Shown: positions 40,000 through 50,036 of the stretch, piece after piece
Layout: every line of letters begins with the position of its first letter
Position numbering within the stretch: position 1 is the first letter of the stretch
Assembly: GCA_963666835.2 (NCBI GenBank)
Contig: CAXXGO010000006.1
Coordinates: 640,001 to 704,000 of the forward strand
Direction of reading: 5' to 3'
Origin: Phycisphaerae bacterium
Lineage (GTDB): Bacteria > Planctomycetota > Phycisphaerae > UBA1845
Length of the DNA stretch: 64,000 nt
The notes under the pieces: model-generated
Databases searched by the model: none
Told to the model about the DNA's origin: nothing
The model's input: only the letters and a program-made list of their open reading frames with translations
Program-made: the position numbers and the translations under genes

Positions 40000-41613
40000 C
40001 TACGCCGATGCCGTGACCTTCTCCGTCGTGGGCTTGGCCGGCGGCCGAATCTGGATGCAAGGCCGCTGGGCCACAATAACGGAAAGCCCTTTGTGATCCA
40101 CCTCGCGGCGAACCAGTTTGACGTTCTCTTCGTGATTCCTCTTGAGCGGTTCGAGCTGGACAATGTGGTCCGCACTCACCCCAAGCCCTTCGACTATCTT
40201 GAGCAGGCCTTCCCCGGTGCCCAGCGTCGGCTGCCCACCGGTCATGCCTACCGTGGCGTTGTCCAAGAGGATCACCGTGATGTTGTTGTCGTTGTGCGCC
40301 GCCCCCAGCAGCGGGGTCATCCCCGAATGGGTGAAAGTGGAATCTCCGATCGCGCAGAGGACCGGATGAGCCCCGCCTTTAGCCGCCCCGATTGCCATAC
40401 TGACCGACGCACCCATGTCCACACAGGAATCCACCGCATTGAACGGAGGCAACGCCCCCAGCGTGTAACACCCGATATCGCTGAACAGAATCGCGTTGTC
40501 GAACGGCTTAATTGCCTCTTGCACCGCCTGGAAAGTGTCAATATGCGGGCACCCCTTGCAAAGAGCCGGTGGGCGCGGCGGCAGGCCGTCCGCGGGCTTG
40601 AGCGCGTCCAAAGCCGTCATCCCCAGCCCGGCCCGCACGGTGTCGGCGGTAAGTTCGCCATCCAGCGATAGATGCCCGGTCCGCTTGCCCATAATCGCCT
40701 TGCCCGGAATGCCCAGCAGACCGTTTAGCCGGTCCTCGATAAACGGGTAACCCTCCTCCATGACGAAGATCTCTTCGCAATGATCGATGAGCTGCCGGAT
40801 CAACTTCGTCGGCAGCGGGTAGACCCCGATCTTCAGGATCGAATAAGATGAATCGTCGCCGAGTACCTCCCGAACATAGTTGTGCCCGATTCCGGAGGTG
40901 ATGATGCCGCGAGGACCCCGCAACGTCAGGGAGTTGAACGGCGATTCCTCCGAGTAACCCCGGAGCGACTCTTGCAGATCAAGCAAACGCCGGAACCGCC
41001 GGCGGGCATTCACCGGAAGCAAAGTCCAATCACGCGTGTCCGGATAGCCGTCGATCGCCCGGGCCTTCGCCGCGTCACGCCGGATCACGTTCGACCGACT
41101 ATGGGCCAGACGCGTTACCAGGCGGAGCAGGATCGGGAGCCCGAACGACTCCGACCGCTCGAACGCCTCCCGCGTCATCTCGTAAGCCTCCTGCTGATTG
41201 GACGGCTCGAACATCGGAATCTGGGCGAAATCGCCGAAGAACCGGCTGTCCTGCTCGTTCTGCGATGAGTGCATGCTGGGGTCGTCGGCTACGGCCAACA
41301 CGAGCCCGCCGTAAGCCCCGGTCAAAGCCGAGTTGACGAACGGGTCCGCCGCCACGTTCAACCCGACATGTTTCATCGCCACCAGCGAGCGCTTGCCGAT
41401 GAACGACATCCCCAAAGCCTCTTCGTAGGCCACCTTCTCGTTCGCTGACCAACGCGCGACTACCGAATCGTCGCCGGCCGTACGCCGCTCGACGAACTCG
41501 AAGATCTCCGTGGCCGGCGTGCCCGGATACGAGAACATGCCACTGATGCCGGCGTCGATCGCGGCAATGCCGACGGCCTCGTCGCCCAAGAGAAGTTCAG
41601 TCATGGTTTCCAC
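40000..41613 (-). CDS. iorA: Indolepyruvate:ferredoxin oxidoreductase alpha subunit
   Basis: YPGTPATE, KHVGLNVAAD, SSQNEQDSR, LCKGCPH, DIGCY, GDSTFTHSG. Confidence 0.93.
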   Translation of the reverse strand: METMTELLLGDEAVGIAAIDAGISGMFSYPGTPATEIFEFVERRTAGDDSVVARWSANEKVAYEEALGMSFIGKRSLVAMKHVGLNVAADPFVNSALTGAYGGLVLAVADDPSMHSSQNEQDSRFFGDFAQIPMFEPSNQQEAYEMTREAFERSESFGLPILLRLVTRLAHSRSNVIRRDAAKARAIDGYPDTRDWTLLPVNARRRFRRLLDLQESLRGYSEESPFNSLTLRGPRGIITSGIGHNYVREVLGDDSSYSILKIGVYPLPTKLIRQLIDHCEEIFVMEEGYPFIEDRLNGLLGIPGKAIMGKRTGHLSLDGELTADTVRAGLGMTALDALKPADGLPPRPPALCKGCPHIDTFQAVQEAIKPFDNAILFSDIGCYTLGALPPFNAVDSCVDMGASVSMAIGAAKGGAHPVLCAIGDSTFTHSGMTPLLGAAHNDNNITVILLDNATVGMTGGQPTLGTGEGLLKIVEGLGVSADHIVQLEPLKRNHEENVKLVRREVDHKGLSVIVAQRPCIQIRPPAKPTTEKVTASA

Positions 41614-42268
41614 CTTCCACCGGTTACTTGTGCCATAAGGGCGGCCTTCCTCGCGGAGAGACTCGCCGAGTTTCGAAACACCCTCGGCTTACCGCCTCCC
41701 TGGGAACCCCGGCATAATGCGATCGTGAAGGGAACCCAAGCCGCTAGCCACGCGCAGCAGCGCGGACCGGCCACCACTCCTGGTACGGGCGAGCATATTC
41801 TGTGCCAGTGCGGTCCCTATAAGTTACGGACGAGGACGGGATCGGCGCGGGATCGCTCCGGCCTCGCTCGCCAGACAAGTTCATGCGTACGCACAGGCTC
41901 CGTCGCCCGCATTGCTCAGGTGTAATCCTGTAACACGGCAACAATTCCATATAACTAGGCTGGGCGCCCGGTTTCGAGCAGGGAGAGTCTCTATCCCGGA
42001 TTGTTCGTCCAGGTGAGGTACGGGCCGTAGACCGATGTAACGCCGGGGCTTGTCCCCCTGGGCGTGGAAGCGCGCTGTGTTACCGTGGCGCCACCCACAA
42101 TGGGCGGCGCTACAAAGTGACGTCACCCACAAGGGGTGGTGCTAAGGCGAGTTGCTCGCGTTTATACAGAACCCATGGATAAGCCGGGCTAGCTGCGGCT
42201 GGTCAGATTGTGTATCGAGTTGAGAGACCCGAAGCCCGGGTCGTCGGTGCGGGCGGTCGCGGCGACGC

Positions 42269-42622
42269 TCAGGCCGGCACGGTCGCAGTCTCCGCCTGCG
42301 CGAGCAGGCCTCCGATCACGGGGTCGTCCTCATCGTCCTCGGGCCAGACACCCGAATCGGATATCGAGACCACGCGGAGAATGACGGCCAGTTTGGTCTC
42401 GATGCTGTGCTCCCACCATTCCTGCAGCAGATACTCCAGGAAACTGATGTGATGAAGCGGGATCCGCTCTTCCAAACGAGCCACCTCGAGGGTGTCACGA
42501 ACGAACAGTATCTGCGCGCGGCTAAGCTGCCGCAGGCAGTCCTCCAGACGGCGCAGTTCATCCTTGGCCAGATTGCGGATTGCCTCAGTGGCCCCCTCGA
42601 ACGATCGCTCCAGCGCTTGCAT
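42269..42622 (-). CDS. Hypothetical protein
   Basis: RBS AGGAGA, helical 117-aa ORF. Confidence 0.55.
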   Translation of the reverse strand: MQALERSFEGATEAIRNLAKDELRRLEDCLRQLSRAQILFVRDTLEVARLEERIPLHHISFLEYLLQEWWEHSIETKLAVILRVVSISDSGVWPEDDEDDPVIGGLLAQAETATVPA

Positions 42623-43052
42623 TTGTTTCTCCTACGGTTGGCGGTGCAGCCCGACGCCACCGCCTCCGACACTTCCTGTGTCATCGGCTGAGCAAGTGAA
42701 GTGCTTGATACGGTGGTTTCCGTAGCAGTCCCAAGCAGCACCGCCGTCGACGCGATTCTCGCTTGTCAACGGCATCATCTCCGTTATGGATCAACCGCAC
42801 GGTCCGCACAGCACCGAGACGCCCCTTAATATCGGAGCAAATGCGGGTTTGCGCAATCAGGTGTCTTCCCCAAACCGACCCGCGAATCCGCCACGCCAAC
42901 ATCAAGCGCGCTGCTGCAGACCAGGGATTCCATTCCGAATTGCATCTCGAACCCCGCAAAACGCTCCGGTTTCCGTTACGAACGCGACATTGGCGCCGGG
43001 TAGGGTAAACGCGGACGTCTATTATTCGATGCCCAGGCTGGTCGCATCGTAC

Positions 43053-44288
43053 CTACGCCGACCTCTCCGAAGACCGCTCCGGCGATGGCAGTGTCACCGC
43101 ATCGTCAATCGGCAGGCGAATCGTAAACGTGGTCCCGGAACCTTGCCCGGACTGTACCTCAATCGATCCGCCGTGTTCGTGAACGACATCTTGGACAATC
43201 GACAGGCCCAAGCCGGTCCCCTGTCCCCGGGGCTTGGTAGTGAAGAACTTGTCGAATATCCGCGCTTGGGCCTCCGGAGAGATGCCTTCCCCCGTATCTT
43301 CGACGATCAGACACGCCGTCGGCCGACTCGTTCCGGTTATGTCCCCGCTTGCCGAGGTTGACCGCGCGACAGCAATCCGAAGTGCGCCGCCATCGGGCAT
43401 AGCATCGCGGGCATTTACGGCCAGATTCAGTAGGATCTGCTGGAGTTGGGCATGGTCGGTCCTAACCACCGGCCGGGGATCGCACGCGGTGTCGATGGTC
43501 AGCCCAATCGAGGTCGGCAGGACATACCTGATCAGCGGCACAGTTTCCTCGACGGAAGCGCAGAGATCAAGGCGCTGCCGCTCGCTCGGCACTCTCCGAC
43601 TGAAGGCCAGAAGCGACCGGGTCATCTCGATCGCCCGCCGGGCGGAGGTTCCCAACATGTCCGCGGCCAGCCGTGCGTCCTCGTCGTGCGTAACCCTCCG
43701 CTCAATGGCTCCGATTGCTCCGGACATTGCCGTGAAGATGTTGTTGAGATCGTGAGCTATCCCGGCGGCGAGGTGCCCGACGGCCTCCTGCTTTTGCAGC
43801 TCTTCGAGCCGATCGGTCAGCCTGGTGTTCTCCTTTTCCGCTTTCTTGCGGGCGCTGATATCCACGGCCATCTGGTAATGCACGACGCGCTCATCGGGCC
43901 AGCGAATCGCTTTGTCAACGCAGTGATACCATCGCCCGTTAACGGGGTTACGGTATTCCCAAACAAACGCATGACCGCCAGGCTTGCCGGAAGCCCGTGC
44001 GGCTACGCAGGGGCTGCACGGCGTGGCCAGCCCCCGCAAGACCTCATGGCATTTCCGGCCGACGTCTCCTCTGAAATGCTCCCTAAAGGACTCGTTGACG
44101 TACAACAGCTCGTGGCTGTTCGGGTCGTACACGAAAACCGGTTCGTCGATACTGGCGAAAACGGCGAGCAGTTGGTGCCGGTCGCCTTCGAGAACGTGTG
44201 CGTTCTGCATGCGCTCTGCAGCGCCCTCGCAGGACTCGCCTTGCGGTGACTTCTCGGTGTCAGTCGGATCGTTGCTCGATTCTAACAT
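43053..44288 (-). CDS. Cytoplasmic PAS-domain histidine kinase (start uncertain)
   Basis: PAS, AHDLNN H-box, NLAVNARDAM, DTGEG, FFTTK, GTGLGL. Confidence 0.88.
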   Translation of the reverse strand: MLESSNDPTDTEKSPQGESCEGAAERMQNAHVLEGDRHQLLAVFASIDEPVFVYDPNSHELLYVNESFREHFRGDVGRKCHEVLRGLATPCSPCVAARASGKPGGHAFVWEYRNPVNGRWYHCVDKAIRWPDERVVHYQMAVDISARKKAEKENTRLTDRLEELQKQEAVGHLAAGIAHDLNNIFTAMSGAIGAIERRVTHDEDARLAADMLGTSARRAIEMTRSLLAFSRRVPSERQRLDLCASVEETVPLIRYVLPTSIGLTIDTACDPRPVVRTDHAQLQQILLNLAVNARDAMPDGGALRIAVARSTSASGDITGTSRPTACLIVEDTGEGISPEAQARIFDKFFTTKPRGQGTGLGLSIVQDVVHEHGGSIEVQSGQGSGTTFTIRLPIDDAVTLPSPERSSERSA

Positions 44289-44475
44289 GGCATGCCTGCA
44301 CGGTTTCTTGGCCTCACCATCCAGCTTATTGATACGGGCGTGCGCGTGCATCGTCAACCGGAACAACGCAACTGTGACGTTCGCACAGCGCTCGGCTGCG
44401 GGCCACTCCGTGTTACTATCGAAGCTTCCATCGAAGCCACCTTCACGTAGCGCAGGCAAAACAGGGCAAAACGAC

Positions 44476-44553
44476 TAAAACCCGGGACAGTAAAACCCGG
44501 GACAGTCACCTATTTATGGGCAAAACAGGGGACAGTCACCTATTTATGGGCAA
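44476..44553. repeat. Short tandem repeats GGGACAGTCACCTATTTATGGGCAA x2 and TAAAACCCGGGACAG x2
   Basis: Read directly; 30-bp and 15-bp periods. Confidence 0.75.
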
Positions 44554-44740
44554 GGCGTAGTGGCCGTGCCCAGGACCTCGGTTCAGGAGGCGCTATGATA
44601 GCATGCCCATGCCGCGCGAGACCGAGAGCAGCACCGTGTAAAACGGGAACTCTGTCAGGCCGTAATGGTAGAGCATCGCTTCGCATGGTGCCAAATTGAT
44701 GGCATGAACTAACTTGTTGACCCGTGGAGCGTAACGCCCC

Positions 44741-44907
44741 GGTGCGGGTGACCCGTCCTTCGCCCTGGGGAATATCGCATTAAACAGAAAGCCCGGTATT
44801 CAGATGCGGTTACGGTATGCGCGCTACGTTCCAGGCGAAGGGTGGGGAGTCGATCGCAAAACGCGAGTGCCTGTCGGGTCTCCGTCCGTCCCCCACACCG
44901 GCGGCGA
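44741..44907 (-). repeat. Intron-free copy of the intron target repeat
   Basis: Reverse complement aligns with both flanks of the introns: TCGCCGCCGGTGTGGGGG|ACGGACGGAGACCCGAC...CCCCACCCTTCGCC. Confidence 0.8.
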
Positions 44908-44959
44908 TCCGTCCCGAAGAGACGTTGGCATGTAGCCACAGGGGGCCGGCATTGCACCT

Positions 44960-45526
44960 TCAGACCTCTTCTATCTCCTTGCTCTTGGCGGTTACCAGCT
45001 TGTCCACTTCGTCTTCGTGCTTCTTCGTGAGTTTCTGAACGCGGTCTTTCACGTCGGACGCTTCGTCTTCACTCACCGTCTTGGCCTTTTGGGCGCTGTC
45101 CGCCGCCTTGTTGGCGTCGCGCCGGGCGTTGCGGATCGCCACCTTCTGGGCCTCCGCCATTTTCCTGACTTGCTGAACGAGCTGCTGGCGGCGTTCGCCG
45201 GATAGCGGCGGAATCGGTAGCCGGATGGCCTTGCCATCGTTCATCGGGTTCACCCCGAGATCCGAAGTCGCAAGACCCTTCTCGATGTCCTTGAGCGTGC
45301 CCGGGTCGAAGGGCTTTACCAGAAGCTGGCTGGGCTCCGGTACGCTGATGGTCGCCAGCTCCCGAAGCTCGTTCGTCGAACCATACGAGCTGACTTCGAT
45401 TTTGAGATGCTCGATCAACCCGGGATGTGCCCGGCCGGTGCGAATACCGCGCAGCTCCTGCTTGAGAAACTCCACCGCCTTCTCCATGCCCGCCTGACAC
45501 TGCTTCTCGATAGCACCCGTCGCCAT
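44960..45526 (-). CDS. frr: Ribosome recycling factor
   Basis: IRTGRA, IPPLSGERR, AIRNARRDAN; follows pyrH. Confidence 0.97.
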   Translation of the reverse strand: MATGAIEKQCQAGMEKAVEFLKQELRGIRTGRAHPGLIEHLKIEVSSYGSTNELRELATISVPEPSQLLVKPFDPGTLKDIEKGLATSDLGVNPMNDGKAIRLPIPPLSGERRQQLVQQVRKMAEAQKVAIRNARRDANKAADSAQKAKTVSEDEASDVKDRVQKLTKKHEDEVDKLVTAKSKEIEEV

Positions 45527-45687
45527 CTCGTTACTCTCCTTTGCGATGCACTCAAGCCCGTCGCGCCGCTTCCAAAACGCGACGTCCGTCGAAAACGGGG
45601 ACTGCCGCCGAGCCGATTCGCGCTGGCGGTGCCCAAAGGACCCCGCAAGGCCTCGCGCCCTGCTCTTTCAAGCCCCGGGGGCGGCCG

Positions 45688-46410
45688 TCAGCCTGCGTCG
45701 ATGATCGTACCAACGCCGTGCCCCTGCACAACCGCCCGCATATTACCCGGCTGGTTCAGATCCAGCACAATGATCGGCACCCCGCTTCGCTGGCAAAGGT
45801 CGACCGCACTGACGTCCATCACCTGCAACCGCTGGTCGATCACCTGGTTGTATGTGAGCCGCTCGATCCGGGTCGCCGTCGGGTCGGTTACCGGGTCGGC
45901 CGTGTACACCCCGTCGACCTTCGTAGCCTTGAGCAGCACGTTCGCTCCGACCTCTGCAGAACGTAACGCCGCTCCGGTATCGGTTGTTACGAAGGGGTTA
46001 CCCGTGCCGGCCGCGAAGATGACGACGCGACCTTTTTCCAGGTGGCGAATAGCCCGGCGGCGGATGAACTTCTCGCAGACGCGGTCCACGGCCACGGCGC
46101 TTTGAACGCGGGTGGCGACGCCGATCGACTCGAGCGTATCCTGAACGGCCAGCGCGTTGATAACCGTAGCGAGCATGCCCATGTAGTGCCCGGTGGATTC
46201 TTCGATGGGCGAGTCCTTGGCGATAGCCGCTCCACGGACCAGGTTGCCCCCGCCGACCACCACGCAAAGCTGCACGCCCAGCTCGACCACCAGCTTGACC
46301 TCTTCCGCGAGCCGTTGGAGCCGGGCTCCGTCGATCCCGGTCCCGCCGCGTACGCACAAGGCCTCGCCGCTGATTTTCAACAACACTCTCTTGTATTTCA
46401 AATCCGCCAT
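45688..46410 (-). CDS. pyrH: UMP kinase
   Basis: RVLLKISGEAL, GGGNLVRG, GTGNPFVTTD, KVDGVY. Confidence 0.97.
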   Translation of the reverse strand: MADLKYKRVLLKISGEALCVRGGTGIDGARLQRLAEEVKLVVELGVQLCVVVGGGNLVRGAAIAKDSPIEESTGHYMGMLATVINALAVQDTLESIGVATRVQSAVAVDRVCEKFIRRRAIRHLEKGRVVIFAAGTGNPFVTTDTGAALRSAEVGANVLLKATKVDGVYTADPVTDPTATRIERLTYNQVIDQRLQVMDVSAVDLCQRSGVPIIVLDLNQPGNMRAVVQGHGVGTIIDAG

Positions 46411-46647
46411 AGCGCGTCACGATACCGCGGGTGTCGGTTCGGAAAAAGACCTGAGAGCTGAAAACTGTGGCTCGACTCCGACCATCGCGCACGTGTAGGG
46501 CACGGTCGAGGAACGAGACCTGCCGCGAAGGCGCATGTCGCTCAACGAAGGTCGTACTCAGCCGGCAACGATGCGCGGGTGCCCCTCCATTCCGGCGTCT
46601 GTCGGGTTGGACCAGCCGCGCCCATTCGCCGCCGGAATGGGTGGGGG

Positions 46648-48574
46648 GAAAGCGCCGGTAAGCCGGTGAGGAGTAGTGGATGAGAGAGCCATACGGTGAA
46701 GGAATAGCGAACCACACCGACCCCGAGTCATACTGTGGTGTCCGCAAGGGCATGGCGGGAGCGTTGACAGGGGCACGTGCGGGCCGGCCATTGAGCCGTG
46801 AAAGCCTTTTACTCCGGAGTGCCGACGCCGTCCCCCAAGGCGGAAGGCAACACCGGAGGGCGTCGTTAACGCGAGACGCCTTTCGGACTCCGCGCGGTCT
46901 TAGAACCCGAGCACGCACGGAAACTCCTCACGCGGAACCCGGGAGATCCCGCGTTCGGCCTCGAACATGGCATCGAGGTCCGCAGTGTGAATCCATAGGA
47001 GCACGACACTGATGCACGGGCGCGGGAAGTCGGACAGGCCCATAGTACCGAAGAAGACTGCGAACAACGGTGATCCCCCGGCGGGGAGGTCGTCCGCGGA
47101 GCAGTTGGAGGAAAGGGGCCTGGCCAAGGGCAACTCGATTCGACACGACAGGCACCGTACGCAGAGCCGGGATCGTCTGCAAAGCGGGTTGGATCGGGTA
47201 CGACAGGCAGCGGTAAAGGATAAGGATTTACAGTTCACCACGCTTTGGCACCATGTCTATGATGTCGCTCGCCTCCGGGAGGCGTACTTGAGCCTCAAGC
47301 ATGCTTCGGCACCGGGGATGGACGGCATGACATGGGAGGCGTACGGCAGGGACCTAGAAGAACACCTCTTGGATCTGTCGGCACGTCTACAGCGCGGAGC
47401 GTACCGAGCGAGGCCGGTCAAGCGGGTCTACATTCCGAAACCCGATGGACGGCAGAGACCAATAGGGATTCCCGTGTTGGAAGACAAGATCGTCCAACGG
47501 GCGATGACCGATGTGCTCTCGGCTGTCTACGAGGCAGACTTCCTCGGGTTCTCCTACGGATTTCGACCAGGACGGGACGCCCATCAGGCGTTAAGTGCCC
47601 TGACTGTCGGCATCGAGAGGAAGAAGGTGAATTGGGTGCTGGATGCAGACATTCGTGGATTCTTCGATGCCATAGACCACGATTGGCTGATCAAGTTCGT
47701 CGAGCACCGGATCGCAGACCAGCGTGTCGTGCGTCACGTGAAGAAGTGGCTGAACGCCGGCGTGCTGGAGGACGGGTGTCGAAGGGACACGGAGACGGGG
47801 ACGCCGCAGGGGGGCAGTATCAGCCCGCTATTGGCGAACATCTATCTCCATTACGCCTTCGACTTGTGGGCCCGCCAATGGCGACGGACGCAAGCTCACG
47901 GAGATGTGATTATCGTGAGATATGCGGACGACTTCGTGGTGGGATTTCAACAGCGAGAGGATGCCGAGCGGTTTCGGGATGAGCTGACGGATCGCCTCCG
48001 GAAGTTCAAGCTGGAGCTACATGCGGACAAGACTCGTCTGATTGAGTTCGGCCGTTTTGCGTCGACCAATCGCAAGCGAGAAGGCCGCGGCAAACCGGCG
48101 ACCTTCGAGTTTCTGGGTTTTCGCCACATCTGTGGCAAGACCCGGCGTGGGAGGTTCACGGTACTACGGCAGACTGTCGCGAAACGACGGCGTGCGAAGC
48201 TCAAAGCGATTAAGCAAGAGCTTCGGCGACGTATGCATGCCCCCGTCCGAGAGGTGGGCGCGTATTTGCGGGCGGTGGTTCGCGGGTACTATCAGTATTA
48301 TGCGGTACCGCGGAACTACCCGGCCTTAACGGCATTTCGGGATGAGGTTGTCCGTCTTTGGCGCTGGACGCTCCGGCGTCGCAGCGAGAAGACTCGGATT
48401 ACCTGGGCCCGCATGAACCGTTTGGCCAAGCAGTGGATACCTGCTCCCAAAATCCTACATCCTTACCCCGACCGACACCTGGCCGTTATGACCCAAGGCA
48501 GGAGCCCAGTGCGGTAGTCCCGCACGCTGGGATCTGTGGAGGGGGTCCCGGGTAACCGGGATTCCTACTCCGAC
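46648..48574 (+). mobile_element. Group II intron, copy 2
   Basis: Same boundaries and length as copy 1; one synonymous difference noticed (CAC/CAT). Confidence 0.92.
47012..48517 (+). CDS. ltrA: Group II intron RT/maturase
   Basis: 501 aa, identical to copy 1. Confidence 0.95.
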   Translation: MHGRGKSDRPIVPKKTANNGDPPAGRSSAEQLEERGLAKGNSIRHDRHRTQSRDRLQSGLDRVRQAAVKDKDLQFTTLWHHVYDVARLREAYLSLKHASAPGMDGMTWEAYGRDLEEHLLDLSARLQRGAYRARPVKRVYIPKPDGRQRPIGIPVLEDKIVQRAMTDVLSAVYEADFLGFSYGFRPGRDAHQALSALTVGIERKKVNWVLDADIRGFFDAIDHDWLIKFVEHRIADQRVVRHVKKWLNAGVLEDGCRRDTETGTPQGGSISPLLANIYLHYAFDLWARQWRRTQAHGDVIIVRYADDFVVGFQQREDAERFRDELTDRLRKFKLELHADKTRLIEFGRFASTNRKREGRGKPATFEFLGFRHICGKTRRGRFTVLRQTVAKRRRAKLKAIKQELRRRMHAPVREVGAYLRAVVRGYYQYYAVPRNYPALTAFRDEVVRLWRWTLRRRSEKTRITWARMNRLAKQWIPAPKILHPYPDRHLAVMTQGRSPVR

Positions 48575-48719
48575 ATGGACGGGAATCCGACAGGTACCAA
48601 ACCGGGGATAGCGTGTAGGGCACGGTCGAGGAACGAGACCTGCCGCGAAGGCGCATGTCGCTCAACGAAGGTCGGGCTACGCCGGCAACGATGCGGTGAC
48701 ATAGAATGGGCGGCATCTC

Positions 48720-48748
48720 TTGACATACCCGGCTGGGGAGGGTTCAAT
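48720..48748 (+). promoter_or_regulatory. Putative sigma70 promoter of tRNA-Gln
   Basis: TTGACA-17 bp-TTCAAT ending 12 bp before the tRNA. Confidence 0.55.
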
Positions 48749-48760
48749 GAAGGGCCTGAT

Positions 48761-48833
48761 TGGGCTGTAGTTCAATTGGTAGAACGCCTGACTCTGGATC
48801 AGGAGGTTCCAGGTTCGAGTCCTGGCAGCTCAG
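48761..48833 (+). tRNA. tRNA-Gln (CTG), CCA not encoded
   Basis: Acceptor stem TGGGCTG/CAGCTCA, anticodon arm CCTGA-CTCTGGA-TCAGG, T arm CCAGG-TTCGAGT-CCTGG. Confidence 0.95.
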
Positions 48834-48836
48834 TTG

Positions 48837-48877
48837 AAGCCTCGGGACGGCCCCGGCCGACCCGGGGCTTCTTTCAT
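48837..48877 (+). terminator. Putative intrinsic terminator
   Basis: GAAGCCTCGGG...CCCGGGGCTTC followed by TTT. Confidence 0.5.
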
Positions 48878-48977
48878 GTGCAAACCCCGCAATTAGCGGT
48901 ACGTCGCATCCAGGTTCTCGGATGTGCCACCGTTCAAGAGCAGTGGCACATCCGAAAATCGTCGGTGCGACGCAACA

Positions 48978-49169
48978 CTACTCATCATCCTGGTCCGGCA
49001 GTACACTGCTCAGAGCGTCAATCACGGCCTGCTCCACTACCGACGTGGCTCCGCTGATCGCAGCGTCCCGAAACTCCCGAGCCAACGTGCCTGAACACGA
49101 AAACGCACAAAAACCGGGCATGGCCGCCGCCAACATCAGTGCCCCCAACCTCTTTCGGGCCGTCTTCAT
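48978..49169 (-). CDS. Small exported or membrane hypothetical protein
   Basis: MKTARKR plus hydrophobic stretch with Cys, short helix. Confidence 0.45.
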   Translation of the reverse strand: MKTARKRLGALMLAAAMPGFCAFSCSGTLAREFRDAAISGATSVVEQAVIDALSSVLPDQDDE

Positions 49170-50036
49170 CTTAAGTAGTCTCCTTACAGTAAGCCGATTC
49201 GAGCCCACTCTTCGCCGAGTGACCCCGGTTCTAGCACCCGGGCTCGTACGTTTTGCCTTCCCGGACCCCGCAGCCGACGCATTCAGGGCGTCAGGCCCAC
49301 TGCGAGTCGGCCGACTATACTCGGCGCGGCCACAACCTCAAGACTTTGCGGTCTCCAGCATCGGGATCCCGGCGGTCTTCTCCGGTTATCGGTCTATATC
49401 GAACGCGATCCCCATCGCCGCCGCTTTCCGCCAACTCGTCAGTGTCTCTACAAGATGTGGGGGTGTCCATTAGACAATGCCCAATGGGTCGGGCTCCTCG
49501 GCCGCGCAGAGGGTCATTGACCGACCTCTCGATGCGGCCGGTGATCCCCAATTGCGTGGAACGGCCGATCGTGATTGTGGCACACTCGGCGATACTGCTC
49601 AGTGCCGAACAGCCGCGCCCCGCCATCCGATCATCGCGCGGCGTCAGGGCGTTCGTATATGCCCCTTTCGATACGCGAGTACTCTCACACTGCTCATGTA
49701 TTTGTTTAGCTTAAATCGGTTCCTATATCTATCTGGTGGTGCCGAGCATTGATATCGCCGCTGACGTCACAATGGGCGAAAAAAAAGCGAAAGATAACGC
49801 AAGTCACTTGACTCAGTTGCCACGTCCCCGTTAAATTAACAGCACGCTTCGCGTGGGCCAAATGATGCCTGCGGGGGCGTGCTGTATGGGGTTGCGAGCC
49901 GTACGCCAAGGGGTATGTCACACGGTTACGTGGACAGCATGTGTACGGTTCGTGTTGAAGGGAAAGAGTCGCTCAGGGTCGGCGGGGTCCGACTTCCCAG
50001 GCACACAGGCCAGAACTTTGTGAGGAGGTATTGGTA

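Noticed and set aside
48761..48833. tRNA-Gln as an integration site for an island
   Set aside because: No integrase and no duplicated tRNA 3' end were seen in the window
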